Below, piece by piece: positions 63,725 through 64,000 of a stretch of 64,000 bases of DNA. The notes under the pieces are model-generated. The model was given only the letters and a program-made list of their open reading frames with translations. It was not told where the DNA came from and ran no database searches. This DNA is from Chiloscyllium plagiosum (taxonomy: Eukaryota), in NCBI RefSeq assembly GCF_004010195.1, contig NC_057754.1, forward strand, positions 584,169 to 648,168. The letters are read 5' to 3'. Each line of letters starts with the position of its first letter. The first letter of the stretch is position 1. A program made the position numbers and the translations under genes.

Positions 63725-64000
63725 GAGCGTTAGTCTGTATCTAACCCCGGACTGGCCTTGTTCTGGGAGTGTTTGTTGAGGACAGTGTAGAGGGAGCTTT
63801 ATTCTATGTCTAATTTCATGCTGTCCCTGTCCTGGGAGTGTAGGAAGCTTTAGCTTTATTCTGTATCTAACCCCCTGCTGCCCCTGTCCTGGAAGTATTT
63901 GATCTGGACAGTGTTGAGGTAGCTTTACTTTCAGTTAAAGGAGTAGAGAGAGTTTTACTGTCTATCTAGACCCATGCTGTATCTTCCTTGGGAGCATTTC
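63725..64000 (+). repeat. Degenerate ~65-bp tandem repeat (gagctttactctgtatctaacccc...cctgggagtgttt)
   Basis: About four units visible up to the window end. Confidence 0.75.

Overview
Vertebrate genomic DNA, most likely a shark or other elasmobranch (inferred from HE1/V-SINEs, CR1 LINEs and DeuSINE-type repeats), very repeat-rich, with a 500-N gap at 38957-39456. Four host genes can be built from splice signals. (1) and (2) are two tandem four-exon secreted Kazal-type (SPINK-like) genes whose Kazal exons are absent from the ORF track: A at 7110-22371 (90 aa) and B at 29460-30812 (86 aa). Both carry a seventh cysteine (GFCTC) after the Kazal fold and have entirely different reactive loops. (3) is a complete five-exon B3GAT3 (38776-48272, 331 aa) behind a CpG-rich promoter made of repeated GC-box/ETS modules. 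(4) is the last two exons of a minus-strand TRERF1/ZNF541/MIDEAS-family zinc-finger gene. Intron 2 of gene A has been expanded from about 89 nt to about 10.2 kb by a Gmr1-like Gypsy LTR element (ACTG target duplication) that itself contains a near-full-length CR1 LINE. Many short Penelope-type repeats carry a hammerhead-ribozyme-like core with covarying stem II, several as 90-230 bp insertions with 13-18 bp target duplications. All calls are by manual reading; repeat boundaries are approximate.
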